DNA from: Podarcis tiliguerta
Taxonomy: Eukaryota
Assembly: GCA_965153285.1 (NCBI GenBank)
Contig: OZ229116.1
Reading direction: 5' to 3' (one strand)
DNA length: 64,000 bases
Position 1 is the first letter of the stretch; every line of letters begins with the position of its first letter. The notes beneath the pieces were generated by a model. It did not search any database and was not told the origin of the DNA. It saw only the letters and a program-made list of their open reading frames with translations. Position numbers and translations under genes: made by a program. Shown piece after piece: positions 1 through 12,646 of the stretch.

Positions 1-756
1 CACACTTACTTCATAGAGAGGTTGGTTGAAAACTGGTGCATTGTCATTTGCATCAAGGACAACAATGTGGATTTGTAATGTGCCAGACCTGATGGGATCA
101 CCTCCATCAGTAGCTGTGAGAAGCAGATCGTATGCTGATTGTTCCTCTCTGTCCAGTGACTTTTCCAACACAAGTTCAACAAGTTTGACACCATTTTCTT
201 TTGTTTGCACATGCAAAGCAAAATGGCTACTGCCTGTGAGTTGATAGCTCTGCACTGAATTTATCCCCCAATCTGGATCTTGAGCTTTGGGAAGAGGCAT
301 TCGGAATCCAGGTATAGATGCCTCACTGATTTCCAGCTCCTGTTCCCATAGAGGGAAGTGGGGAGCATTATCATTTATATCTGTAATTTCCACTTCAATT
401 CCATAAAGCTTCAATTTGCTTTCAACAAGAACCTGAAACTTCAACATACATTTCTCTGCCTCTCCACAAATTTCCTCTCTATCTATTCTCTCAGATATCT
501 GCAAATGGCCATTGTTGGCATTCAAAGAAAAGTACTGAATCATACCTACAGGGGAAACAATGCGCAGTCCATAGTTTGGGAGCTGCTTGCCATCCATTCC
601 CAGGTCCTTTGCAACATTCCCCACGGAAGAGCCTTTGTGCATCTCTTCTGGAATGGAGTAGTGGATCTGCCCAGAAACTGCCTTCCAAGAAAACATCATG
701 AAAAGGCACTGGAAGATTCCCTTTCTGCAGTTCCACAGCCTCTGAGTTCCTTCCAT
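1..756 (-). CDS. PCDHGA: Protocadherin gamma-A-like variable exon, 5' part only (signal peptide, EC1, EC2, start of EC3); runs off the window start
   Basis: CAT at 754-756 gives [22 protein letters not shown]...[13 protein letters not shown]...[16 protein letters not shown]...DANDNAPVF. Nearly identical to the exons starting at 17179, 28177 and 47767. Absent from the ORF track because no stop lies in the window. Symbol is subfamily level only. Confidence 0.93.
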   Translation of the reverse strand, partial: MEGTQRLWNCRKGIFQCLFMMFSWKAVSGQIHYSIPEEMHKGSSVGNVAKDLGMDGKQLPNYGLRIVSPVGMIQYFSLNANNGHLQISERIDREEICGEAEKCMLKFQVLVESKLKLYGIEVEITDINDNAPHFPLWEQELEISEASIPGFRMPLPKAQDPDWGINSVQSYQLTGSSHFALHVQTKENGVKLVELVLEKSLDREEQSAYDLLLTATDGGDPIRSGTLQIHIVVLDANDNAPVFNQPLYEVSV

Positions 757-942
757 CCTTGCAGCAGGTTAAAGGCCCTTAGATTCTGATTCAAATGATG
801 CTGTATCCAATTTTTTTAAAGAAAAATGCACTTCTGTTTCTTCTTTACACTGACAAGCAGCTTGTTCCTTCAGATATTTTTGTTTGTGTTTAACCGAAAG
901 GCAACTTCGATTGGGCAGGATTTCACATTTCTCCTCTGTTCT

Positions 943-982
943 GGTGAACAGTGACACCCAGAGGATCAAGCCCAAACTGCAA
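943..982 (-). promoter_or_regulatory. Pcdh CSE / CTCF site (CACT variant) with upstream module
   Basis: Minus strand TTGCAGTTTG-GGCTT-GATCCTCTGGGTGTCACTGTTCACC, about 190 bp upstream of ATG 756. Confidence 0.8.
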
Positions 983-3434
983 AAACCTCACTTTTGAAAA
1001 TTAAATAAACACCATTTCACTGTACTACTGCTATTATGTGCAGCTATAGCTAGGATAACTTTATTCTTTTCCCTTAGAATTTACCCACTAAGGATAAATA
1101 AGACTTGCTGTAATCAACTTGAAAAGGAGCAGGAAAGACAAGTGTGTTTAGGGTTCCTGCCCTACCCCATTACTGGAAATTCTGGAATAAATGTTATGGA
1201 TCTTTCTCAGCAATGTTTTCGACTGGCTTTTCTAAGGGAATATTCAATAGATTTTTTTCTTGATGGAGAAACAACACTAGTAAACCACCAGTACATTCTT
1301 GTTACCTCTGGCACTTCACTCCTCTCAGCTCCTATTTGTTCATTCACATCTCTACGCTGTTCATCTTCAAACTGAATTTTTATTTTTAGGTACGTGTTAC
1401 ATAAGCCCTACTCGGGCATACACTTTCTGTACATGAGCAAACACCTGAGGAGAAATATGGAGTGCTTCTTAGTCCTTTCCTGGCCAGCATTTCAGCTGTA
1501 CACAATCTAGATCCTTCCATGAATTTGAGGACCAAGGTCTGAGGTGGGGAGCTTACTCTACTTGTAGGGGCCCCACACAAGATTCAGAACGTTGCACCAT
1601 CAGGTTTTCTTTGTTTACACTTGAGGAGATTGTTCATATAGGGCTGTCCTGGGTAGTAGATGTATATCAGGAGTGCCCCAGTTCAAATCAAACTTCAACC
1701 ATGAGCTCATTAGTTGTCCTTGGGAAGACTCCCTCCCTCCTCACTCTCTGGTTGAGTTCACACAGCAGTTTCCTCAGTTTCCCTGATGTTTCCCTAACTA
1801 TTATTTTCTGCATTATATTCAAGTTTTCACATGGCATGAAAGCCACATCATTTCCATGTTATTTAATTTCAGAAAAAAATCCATTTGCTGCTCCCTTAAA
1901 CCGGAAAATCGCAGGAGTAAACTGATGAAATTTGGGGCCATATACATGGGGGAATGAATACATGCACAGCCATGGGTGGAATAGTGGCAATGTTGTCCAA
2001 TGATGTTCATTGTTGCGTCACACCACGCACACTGGTGTGAATGAAATTTAGTGGAACACGATATATTGCTCATATATTGATATGCTGATATATTGGTCAA
2101 AAATATACACATAACGCAAATGGTACTGCCGGGTGAAAGGATCACTGGAAAACCAGAATAGAAGCACTAGCGTTCTAGTCAGGAAAACTAATGCAATAAC
2201 TGCCACATCTAAATGAATCCTCTCTCCATCTCATCCACAACATGAGGAAAATAATGCTGATCTATCTTTCTGGGTTATTGAAGAGTTACAAGGGAATGTA
2301 TGTCAACCATTTTCTACACTAAAGTGCTATATAAACACCAAGTATGACTGCACAGTGCAAAGAAGTCCATGTCCTCCTTAATTTATTGCTCACATTGTGC
2401 CTAGAAGACAATAAAGCCAAGACGAATGCAATTAAAGCCAATTATTATTACTACACCACTTCACATTACAGAGATAAAAAGAAGCAGGAAGAGATTGGTG
2501 GCACATGCAATGGGGTGGAGTTGTGGAGCCACCCTCCAACACTAGTGTTGTTGCTGGGGCTTACCTGCTCAGGGCTGGGCTGACACAACTGTGTGGTTGG
2601 GGCTGTGCAGGTGCACCAGCAGCCGTGCTAGATGTTCCCACAGTTAAAAGCACATGACTCCAGCCTCACTGCTGCCCCATCCAGGTAGGCAACAGTGCGT
2701 GGGGGTGGGGTGGGGTGAATTTACCAGCTGCCCACCACCATGCATGTCACTACTGCAGGTGGGTAACTTTCAATGTCAGCTTATGAGCTTATGTGCGACA
2801 ATCAGTTGTCAAGCTCAGAACAAACATCATTAAAAACTAGCATGTGATGACCTGTTAAACAGTAGAGGTAGATGGTTCTCAGTCATCTTTCTTGGAGATC
2901 TTTATGCTCTTCTGCTTCTTGTTGCACAAAATCAGCAGGACTACTAAAACTGCTATACTGAATTTGCTGAATGCTTTCCCCCAGAAGACAGAAAATCAAG
3001 CATCTGATCCACTAAGCAATGCCATAAAAGTTTCTTTCAAAATTAGTCTTCATCTTTCACTACAGAATATGCACTGGCAACAAACTTTTTGACACATTAG
3101 GCATGATCCAGCATTAATGTACATGAAGCAGCAAATACAGGGGTGTGCAGCTGTATGTCCTTACCAGATTGCCTTTCCATGGGAAAGCATTCCCAGCCAA
3201 AGAGGTGAGAGGTCATCTAACATTGTTATGACTCAATAGTCATTTGTCACCTATGTTACTACAGCATGGAAGCATGACTGGCAATGGTATAGGTAGAAAT
3301 ACTAGCCACATGCACACTCACCTACATACATACTGTTTGAATAAACTTGTGTTAAGTTGTTTTAGAAAGGATGAGGTAAAATGTTGAGAATTTAGGAGTG
3401 CTTCATTAATCTTCATTAATCTTTTGTGATATAT

Positions 3435-3596
3435 TGGGACAGTCTCCTTTGGGAAGTTGTGGACTCTCCTTCCTAAGAGGTTTTTTTAGCAGAGGTTGTA
3501 TGGCCATCTGCCATGGATGCTCTAGCTGAGATTCCTGCATTGCAGGGGGTTGGACCAGATGACCCTTGGGTCCCTTACAACTCTATGATTCCATGA
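3435..3596 (+). mobile_element. CR1 LINE 3' end fragment
   Basis: gtggactctccttc...gagattcctgcattgcagggggttggaccagatgacccttgggtcccttacaactctatgattccatga, a CR1-type 3' terminus with ATTCTATG-like repeats. Confidence 0.75.
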
Positions 3597-4626
3597 GAGA
3601 CAGACTACTTGCCCCACTAATTGGTCAAACAAAGGCTGTGCATGAGCTCTATTCATTCTGCAACCAGCATGCAGTCACAGGACCTGAGGAGTGTTTTACA
3701 ACTGACAGCTTCCATCAATGCTTCACCATATCATACACTGTGCTTTTCCAATCAGACCCAACAGTGTATGATTTTTAATTTGTTTTAATCTATTCTGTTG
3801 TGATTTAAACTTTATGTGTGCTTTAAATTACGGTTGTCATTTTTAAATATTATTTTATTCATTTTTAATAATATAACAGTTTAACAATGTAGAACATTTA
3901 TATACTCCCAATCAGAAAAATACAAAACCACAGATCTCCATTGTTCGTTTAAAACTTTCTTCTCTCAAACCACAAAATAGGCATTTTGTTCTGCCTTCAA
4001 CCCTTTAATGTTCAATTTCCCTTCCCTTTTTCTTGAAGCCAAAAGCAGCTCACACACTGAATGTAAATTATCACCAGCTGATGGACAAATCTCCCTCAGT
4101 TATAAATTATAACTGTCCCAAAAATAATTATGAAAGGGAGGCTTTTGCAGATCCCATACCCATCATGGCTCTTTCATGGCTTTGGGGCAAGATGTAAATG
4201 CCTCAGCTCTCAAGTCGCTTAACCCCCATCCGAGTTCCTAGGAGCTGACTGCTTCTTGGTCTCTTGACAATACAAAACAGCTTTTTCAAAGCACCAGGGA
4301 TTAATCTCTTGTTCACTCTTTTTTCCAAAATGAATATGGGAACCAAGACTTATGTCTGGCTATCATCAATCACCATGTAATTATCTCTGTTGGCAGAAAG
4401 CCAACAAAAGATGTTCAACCCGCTATTTCCTTCCCCACAACACATAAAAAACTCCCCACAAACTCTCTAATATTTAGTTTAACAACAAGGAGAAGTTGGC
4501 CAATAAGTAGAAAATTTTCAAACTTCTTGAAGAATATACAATGTAATATTTTTTGATGTCTGTTTTTCTTGGTTTTTTAAAGACAGAACATTAAAATAGC
4601 TACATATTCAATTTTAGTCATACTAC

Positions 4627-4670
4627 GAAGGAAGGAAGGAAGGAAGGAAGGAAGGAAGGAAGGAAGGAAG
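4627..4670. repeat. (GAAG)11 microsatellite
   Basis: Direct reading. Confidence 0.95.
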
Positions 4671-4995
4671 GATAAGCACTGTCTCCACTCAAACATGCTA
4701 TGCCATCCTGTGGTCCGAGATTCTCACCCTAGGTCTGCATGCTAATATGCATCTGCATAATTCTAACTGAGGCTCCCCCCAACCTGCAATTTTGCCCTTC
4801 AACAACTGCTAGAAGGCCCATTCCATGAGCTTCATCTGCAGCAGTAGCAGCTCAGTACTACCCCCTACCTACTTCCCTGGTGACATGGCATGAATTGTCT
4901 GGAGTGCCAGTTTGATAACATCCACTGTTTACAATTAAACTCTCAAACAAGTGATAACACCAAATTCCCTATAAGGAACATGAAATATAACTCAC

Positions 4996-7425
4996 CGTGC
5001 TGTCATTTTCCTTTTCAGAAATTAAATTACATCCACTGACCATCAAAGAAATGTCAGAGTTGCCATTGCAAAGGATGTTCTCTGCTATTTGGACAGTGGG
5101 CTGCAGGAATGTCAACTCATTCCTCCTGGATTCAGAGGACAGACAGACCTGGTAGGAATAAGGCAAAGTTCCGTCCTCATAATTGGGTGGGAATATGGCA
5201 CCAGCCTTTGAATGGGGGTCAGGTATAAAGCACTGAAGGAAAGTGGGGTTCCTTGACCTTCGAAGCTTCATCAGAATGGTCAGTATCACCGTCACCAGGA
5301 ACAGAAAGGACACCAAGGTCAAGGCCAATACCAAATAAAACTGTAGATCAGACTGATACTCTGAGTCATTTGGTTGGGAGTTCATTTCCGGAAGAGCCTC
5401 CTGGAAGTTCTCAGCAAACACCAGGCTCAAAGTTGTGGTGGCTGAGAGAGGAGGATGCCCATTGTCCTTCACCAGGATGACCAGCCTCTGCTTCACTGCA
5501 TCTCTCTCAAGTAATGCTCGGACTGTTTGCACCTCTCCTGTGTGGGAGCCAATGCTGAAGAGTGAGGGCTCTGTGGCCTGCAGGAGATGGAAGGAGAGCC
5601 AGGCATTGTGTCCCGAATCAGAGTCCACCGCCACCACCTTCGTCACCAGATAACCCGACTCAGCTGACCGAGGCACCATCTCAAAGAAAGGTGAGCCCTC
5701 GGTTGATTGTGAGGGGTACAGGATCTGCGGAGCGTTATCATTTCGATCCAAAACACATACTGTCACTGTGGCACTGCTATTGAGTGGTGGAGAACCTCCA
5801 TCTTGGGCCTTCACTTGAATCTGAAACTCCCTGAATTGCTCATAGTCAAAGGAGCGTTGGGCATAGATGATTCCAGTCTCAGAGTTAATGGAGACATAGG
5901 AGGAGAGAGGCAGGTCCTTGATGTTGCTGTGAAGGATGGAGTAAGTGATTCTGGCATTGCGATCCAGATCTGGGTCAGAGGCCTTGACGTGGAAAATTGA
6001 AGCTCCAGATGGGTTGTTCTCTGGAACGTAGGCAGTGTAGGAAGATTTTTCAAAGGCTGGTGGGTTATCATTGATATCTGAGATCTGTATTGATATGGTT
6101 TTGTGTGTGGAGAGTGGAGGTGTGCCTTTGTCTGTGGCTGTGATGGTAATATTATACTCGGGAGTCCTTTCTCTGTCAAGGGCACCATCTATGAGGAGCT
6201 TGAAGTAATTGTCCGAAGATGAGACTATTAGGAAAGGTACAAGTTCCTTCAGGTGACAGGTGACTTCTCCATTATCCCCAGAATCCCTGTCCTGAACTTT
6301 AATGAGAGCAATCACAGCTCCAGATGTGACATCTTCCGGGACTGGGCTGGACACGGATGTAAGGATCACATCTGGAGCATTGTCATTCTCATCAAGAACC
6401 TCAATCTCCACATTGCAATGTGCTGCCAAGCCTCCTCCATCACTTGCCTGAATTTTCATAACATATTTCTGTCTGTCCTCAAAGTCAACACTTTCTATGA
6501 GTGTAACTGTTCCATCTCTGGGATCCAGATGAAACTTCTGCTTGGCTGTTTTTGGGATGTCACTGAAAGTATAAGTGATCTCAGCATTGGACCCTTCATC
6601 AGTGTCAGATGCTTTGACTTGAAGCACAGAGGTTCCTTTGGGTGCACTCTCCTTCAGACTCACTTTATATGTTGTCTGGGTGAAAACAGGGGCATTGTCA
6701 TTAATATCAATAACTGTTACCAATATTTTGGCTGTTCCGGTTTTTGGAGGTTCTCCACCATCCATGGCTGTAAGGACCATGTGATGCATCTGTTCCTTTT
6801 CCCTGTCCAGTTGTTTCTGCAATATTAATTCTGCATATTTGCCACCATCATTGCCAGCTTGAATTTCTAGTTTGAAATATGGAGTTGAGCTCAATTGATA
6901 ATTCTGGAGGGAGTTCATTCCGATATCATCATCTTCAGCATTTCCAAGAGCAAATCGAGTTCCTGGCAGAGTAGATTCACTAAATTTAAGCTCAATATTT
7001 TCATTCTGGAAATGTGGGGCATTATCATTAATGTCCTGGATAAAAATATTTATGTGGAAAATATTCAAAGGATTGTGTGCCACAACTTCTAATTTGAGGA
7101 CACAAGTGGATGATTCCCCACAAATCTCTTCCCGGTCTATCCTCTCATTCACATACAGGTTGCCATTTTGTTCATTCAGATCAAAGAATTGCTTTTCTGA
7201 AGAAATACCAAGCTTGCGCTTTGACAGCTCTCTGACATCCAACCCCAGATCTTTAACAAGGTTCCCCACAAAGGAGCCCTGCTCTGCTTCCTCTGGAACT
7301 GAATATTGAACCTGATCAGACCCCACCTGGCAGAAGAACACAGACCAGAATATGAACAGAAATAGTACTTGCCTCCTGATGATCTTCCTTGTTCTCTCTG
7401 CCTGCTTTACTTCCATCACATCCAT
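4996..7425 (-). CDS. PCDHGB: Protocadherin gamma-B-like variable exon (810 codons to the splice donor)
   Basis: ORF 4969..7425 has 6 cadherin repeats (DRE, DxNDNxP) and gamma-B signatures [39 protein letters not shown] and [13 protein letters not shown]. Donor ACG|GTGAGT at 4996|4995. Confidence 0.95.
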
Positions 7426-7654
7426 TGTTGTTTCTGATTTCCTCCTTCCTTCACTTCAGTTTTCAAGACTCCCAGTACACATGTGAGATAATAGAAATAT
7501 TGTTCTTTTCAGCTGATCTTTGGGAAACTGAGAGCTTTCCTTTCTTGAGCAGCTTTTAAAATAAAAGCTTTTCCTTTCTGTTCAGCTGAAGTGTTAAGAG
7601 AGAGAAACTGCTCCAAGAGTCTCAGAAATGCTGAGCCATGGCTGCTCCCACGTT

Positions 7655-7694
7655 GTCCAACAGTGACACTCTGAGTCCATACGGTGAACTGCTT
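7655..7694 (-). promoter_or_regulatory. Pcdh CSE / CTCF site (CACT variant)
   Basis: Minus strand GCAGTTCA...GGACTCAGAGTGTCACTGTTGGAC, about 230 bp upstream of ATG 7425. Confidence 0.75.
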
Positions 7695-10216
7695 TTACTA
7701 TTTCTACAATTCTACATGGAATTTTATCTCTTAAGTAGGGAATTGCTTGTAATACAAGTACACCTTTAAATGCAATCTGAAACAAATTTCTTCTCCATCA
7801 CTTGTGTGCAGCCTCTTCGCTTCCCAGCCCCTCACCATTCAGCATCATTGCTTTATTTTATTTCTTTAAAAAGAAGTGGAAAAAAAACAAGAAAACCCAG
7901 AAAACCCAGGGGATGCCTGTTGGTGAGGAGGGCTCATCAGATATAGAAGGTTTGTTTCCAGAGGCTTCTAAAGAAATTGTGGTCTTCCAGAGTGTAATTC
8001 CTTGTCAGGGTACACAGGGTTTGTCAATGTCTCCTTTACTGGATCAGGAGGCAGAGGGAACTACAATTGACATGCTCTCTGGCAGGAAATTCCTCTTCTG
8101 TGCATGTTCAGGAACATCATTTCTGGTTTGAGGTTAGATAGGACTCTCCTACCTCTGCCCACTGACAGTTCCCACCAGCACCCCACACGTTTTCAAACAT
8201 GATTTTTTTTTACTTGAAAAGGGGAAGAAATGGCAGGGAGCTTTAGCTAACGGTACTGGTAAAACCCATTTTATGCTTGAAATTAATTCAAAGAAAACTG
8301 GGTCCTCGCTGAATTAAAGTGATTAAAAAAGATGGGAGAGATTATATTTAAAATCTTCCCATAGGCCCTGGGCTAAAGCTAGCTGCACTCTTTATTTGCT
8401 GTCTTTCATTCAGTTTAAACATAGCATTGATATCTCTATACATTTGCATTATTCTGTTAAAAAAGTTTCTGTAAAGGAATAAAATACTGAAAGACCAAAC
8501 TAACCAATGTGCATTTGATGAATGTGATCAAAATATTTTACCACTTGTATTTACAATAATGCAATGCAACTATTTCTAGCACCATTTATTCCCATGTGTT
8601 CCCAATATTAAATCATTTCCAGTTTCTCTTTAACCATCATACAATTTTGTGTGAATCAAAGCATTGCCACCCCACACGCTCCAGTGAAATTTTCATTCTG
8701 CAATGAACGGACTTCCAGGACATTGTCACAAATGGTCACCCTTACAACATCTCCAAAGTTCAGCCCCTACCACTTACAGCTGCGTCAATAACTTGGCACA
8801 AACCATATAATGTTATTTGGGGACTTCTTTCTAACCAAGGACAGTTTTCTTGTGAGTTTCTTAATAGGGTCAGAAACACATCCAACAAGTAAGTGTTTTC
8901 CGGCTTGGGATGTCTGGACAATGTCAAGCACTCTTCTTCTGACACCACAGACACATATATTTTCTGGGATTCAAAATTCTACCCTCACCTTATATTGGAA
9001 ATCTCAATGGGGTAGAAATACAGCCCCCCCCCCCCAAGAAGTTAGTGTGTTGCTGTTGTTTTCTGACACAGGGTGAAGGTTCCAAGTTATAAGGAGCATG
9101 ATGCAACCAATCTTATATACAATTGCTTGCATTTTTAATTTGCTTTAATTTGTTTAATCTATTCTGTTGTGATTTTAAATTTCTGTGTGCTTTGAATTAT
9201 GGTTGTCATTTTTAAAATATTATTTTTATTCATTTTTAATAATGTAAAAGTTTAACAATGTAGAACATTTATATATCTCAATCTAAAAAATGCAAAAATA
9301 CAGATTTCCATCGTTAAAACTGGACAAATCTCCCTCAGTTATAGATTTTAACTGTCCCAAAAATAATTTATTAAGAAAGGGGGGCTTTTGCATATCCCAT
9401 ACCCATCACGGCTCTTACATGGCTTTAGGGCAAGCTGTAAATTCCTCAGCTCTCAAGTCGCTTAACCCCCATCCGAATTCCTAGGAGCTGACTGCTTCTT
9501 GGTCTCTTGAACACAGAAAACAGTTTTTTCAAAGCACCAGAGATCTCTTGTTCACTCTTTTTTCCAAAATGAATATGGGAACCAAGACTTATGTCTGGCT
9601 ATTATCAATCACCATGTAATTATCCCTGCGGGCAGACTGCCAACAAAAGATGTTCAATCCGCTATTTCCTTCCCCATAACACATAAAAAGCTCTCCACAA
9701 ACTTCCTAATATTTAGTTTGATAATAAGGAGAATTTTGCCAATAACTAAAAAAATTGCAAACTTCTTGAAGCATATACTATGTAGGATGTTTTTGTGTTT
9801 GTTCTTGCATATACCGTATATTCTTAAAGAGAGAACATTAAAATAGCTACATATTCAATTTTAGTCATGCTGCAAAGAAAGAAAGAAAGAGAACAATTTA
9901 GCACTATCTCCACTCAAACATGCTTTGCTGTGGTCCCAGATCATTACCCTAAGTCAGCATGAAGATAGGTATCTAGATAATTCAGACTGAGGCTTCGACA
10001 ATTTACAGTTATGTCCCCCAACAACTGCTGAAAAATCCATCCCATTAGGTTGCTCTGCAGCAATAGGAGTTCAGTATTACTCCCTACCTATCTTCCTGGT
10101 AACATGGCATGAATTGTCTGGAGTGCCAGTTTGATAACATCCACTGTTTACAAATAAACTCTCAAACAAGTGATAACACACCGAATTCCCTATAAGGAAC
10201 ATGAAATATAACTCAC

Positions 10217-12646
10217 CGTGCTGTCATTTTCCTTTTCAGAATTTAAATTACCTCCACTGACCATCAAAGAAATGTCAGAGTTGCCATTGCAAAGGATGTT
10301 CTCTCCTATTTGGACTGTGGGCTGCAGGAAAGTCAGCTCATTCCTCCTGGATTCAGAAGACAGACAGACCTGGTAGGAATAAGGCAAAGTTCCGTCCTCA
10401 TAATTGGGTGGGAATATGGCACCAGCCTTTGAATGGGGGTCAGGAATAAAGCACTGAAGGAAAGTGGGGTTCCTTGACCTTCGAAGCTTCATCAGAATGG
10501 TCAGTATCACTGTCACCAGGAACAAAAAGGACACCAAGGTCAAGGCCAATACCAAATAAAACTGTAGGTCAGACTGATACTCCGAGTCATTTGGTTGGGA
10601 GTTCATTTCTGGAAGAGCCTCCTGGAAGTTCTCAGCAAACACCAGGCTCAAAGTCGTGGTGGCTGAGAGAGGAGGATGCCCATTGTCCTTTACCAGGATG
10701 ACCAGCCTCTGCTTCACTGCATCTCTCTCAAGTAATGCTCGGACTGTTTGCACCTCTCCTGTGTGGGAGCCAATGCTGAAGAGTGAGGGCTCTGTGGCCT
10801 GCAGGAGATGGAAGGAGAGCCAGGCATTGTGTCCCGAATCAGAGTCCACCGCCACCACCTTCGTCACCAGATAACCCGACTCAGCTGACCGAGGCACCAT
10901 CTCAAAGAAAGGTGAGCCCTCTGTTGGTTGTGAGGGGTACAGGATCTGCGGAGCGTTATCATTTCGATCCAAAACACATACTGTCACTGTGGCACTGCTA
11001 TTGAGTGGTGGAGAACCTCCATCTTGGGCCTTCACTTGAATCTGAAACTCCCTGAATTGCTCATAGTCAAAGGAGCGTTGGGCATAGATGATCCCAGTCT
11101 CAGAGTTAATGGAGACATAGGAGGAAAGAGGCAGGTCCTTGATGTTGCTGTGAAGGATGGAGTAAGTGATTCTGGCATTGCGATCCAGATCTGGGTCAGA
11201 GGCCTTGACGTGGAAAATTGAAGCTCCAGATGGGTTGTTCTCTGGAACGTTGGCAGTGTAGGATGATTTTTCAAAGGCTGGTGGGTTATCATTTATATCT
11301 GAGATCTGTATTGATATGGTTTTGTGTGTGGAGAGTGGAGGGGTCCCTTTGTCTGTGGCTGTGATTGTAATATTATACTCTGGAGTCCTTTCTCTGTCAA
11401 GGGCACCATCTATAAGGAGCTTGAAATAATTATCCGAAGATGAGACTATCAGGAAAGGTACAAGTTCCTTCAGGTGACAGGTGACTTCTCCATTATCCCC
11501 AGAATCCCTGTCCTGAACTTTAATGAGAGCAATCACAGCTCCAGATGTGACATCTTCCGGGACTGGGCTGGACACGGATTTAAGGATCACCTCTGGAGCA
11601 TTGTCATTCTCATCAAGAACTTCAATCTCCACTTTGCAATGTGCCGCCACGCCTCCTCCATCACTTGCCTGAATTATCATCACATAATATTGACTGTCTT
11701 CAAAATCAACACTTTCTATAAGTGCAATGGTTCCATCTCTGGGATCCAGATGAAACTTCTGCTTGGCTGTTTTCGGGATGTCACTGAAAGTGTAAGTGAT
11801 CTCAGCATTTGAACCTTCATCACTGTCAGATGCTTTGACTTGAAGCACAGAGGTTCCTTTGGGTGCACTTTCCTTCAGGCTCACTTTATAGATTGTCTGG
11901 GTGAAAACAGGAGCATTGTCATTAATATCAATAACTGTTACCAATATTTTGGCTGTTCCGGTTTTTGGAGGTTCTCCACCATCCATGGCTGTAAGGACCA
12001 TGTTGTGCATCTGTTCCTTTTCCCTGTCCAGTTGTTTCTGCAATATTAATTCTGCATATTTGCCACCATCATTGCCAGCTTGAATTTCTAGTTTGAAATA
12101 TGGAGTTGAGCTCAATTGATAATTCTGGAGGGAGTTCATTCCGATATCATCATCTTCAGCATTTCCAAGAGCAAATCGAGTTCCTGGCAGAGTAGATTCA
12201 CTAAATTTAAGCTCAATATTTTCATTCTGAAAATGTGGAGCATTATCATTGATGTCCTGGATAAAAATATTTACGTGGAAGATATTCAAAGGATTGTGTG
12301 CCACAACTTCTAATTTGAGGACACAAGTAGATGATTTACCACAAATGTCTTCCCGGTCTATCCTCTCATTCACATACAGGTTCCCATTTTGTTCATTCAA
12401 ATCAAAGAATTGCTTTTCTGAAGAAATACCAAGCTTGCGCTTTGACAGCTCTCTGACGTCCAACCCCAGATCTTTAACAAGGTTCCCCACAAAGGAGCCC
12501 TGCTCTGCTTCCTCTGGAACTGAATATTGAACCTTCTCAGACCCCACCTGGCAGAAGAACACAGACCAGAATATGAACAGAAACAGTACTTGCCTCTTGG
12601 TGATCTCCCTTGTTCTCTCTGCCTGCTTTACTTCCATCACATCCAT
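10217..12646 (-). CDS. PCDHGB: Protocadherin gamma-B-like variable exon
   Basis: ORF 10190..12646 with the same architecture. Donor ACG|GTGAGT at 10217|10216. Confidence 0.95.

Larger units (their letters stand above)
757..4968. repeat. Duplicated spacer between a gamma-A promoter and a gamma-B 3' end (paralogs 17180-20804 and 28178-33052; diverged copy 47768-50940)
   Basis: Long colinear near-identical stretches, e.g. gcctagaagacaataaagcc at about 2398, 17780 and 29797. Confidence 0.9.

Noticed and set aside
2493-2756. Possible old DNA-transposon remnant (degenerate tggtggcacatgca...tgcatgtcactactg ends)
   Set aside because: The TIRs are too degenerate and there is no TSD, so I did not call it as a feature.
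2344-3092. Small spacer ORFs conserved in several places (2344/17768/29743; 2892/18272; 3566/19420)
   Set aside because: The conservation reflects recent duplication. Starts and frames are not maintained in all copies, and some overlap TE relics.
4969-4995. ORF ends such as [15 protein letters not shown] and VST* as true C-termini of single-exon genes
   Set aside because: Each begins exactly at a GTGAG donor in phase 0, so they are intronic read-through. The exons should splice to the gamma constant exons outside the window.
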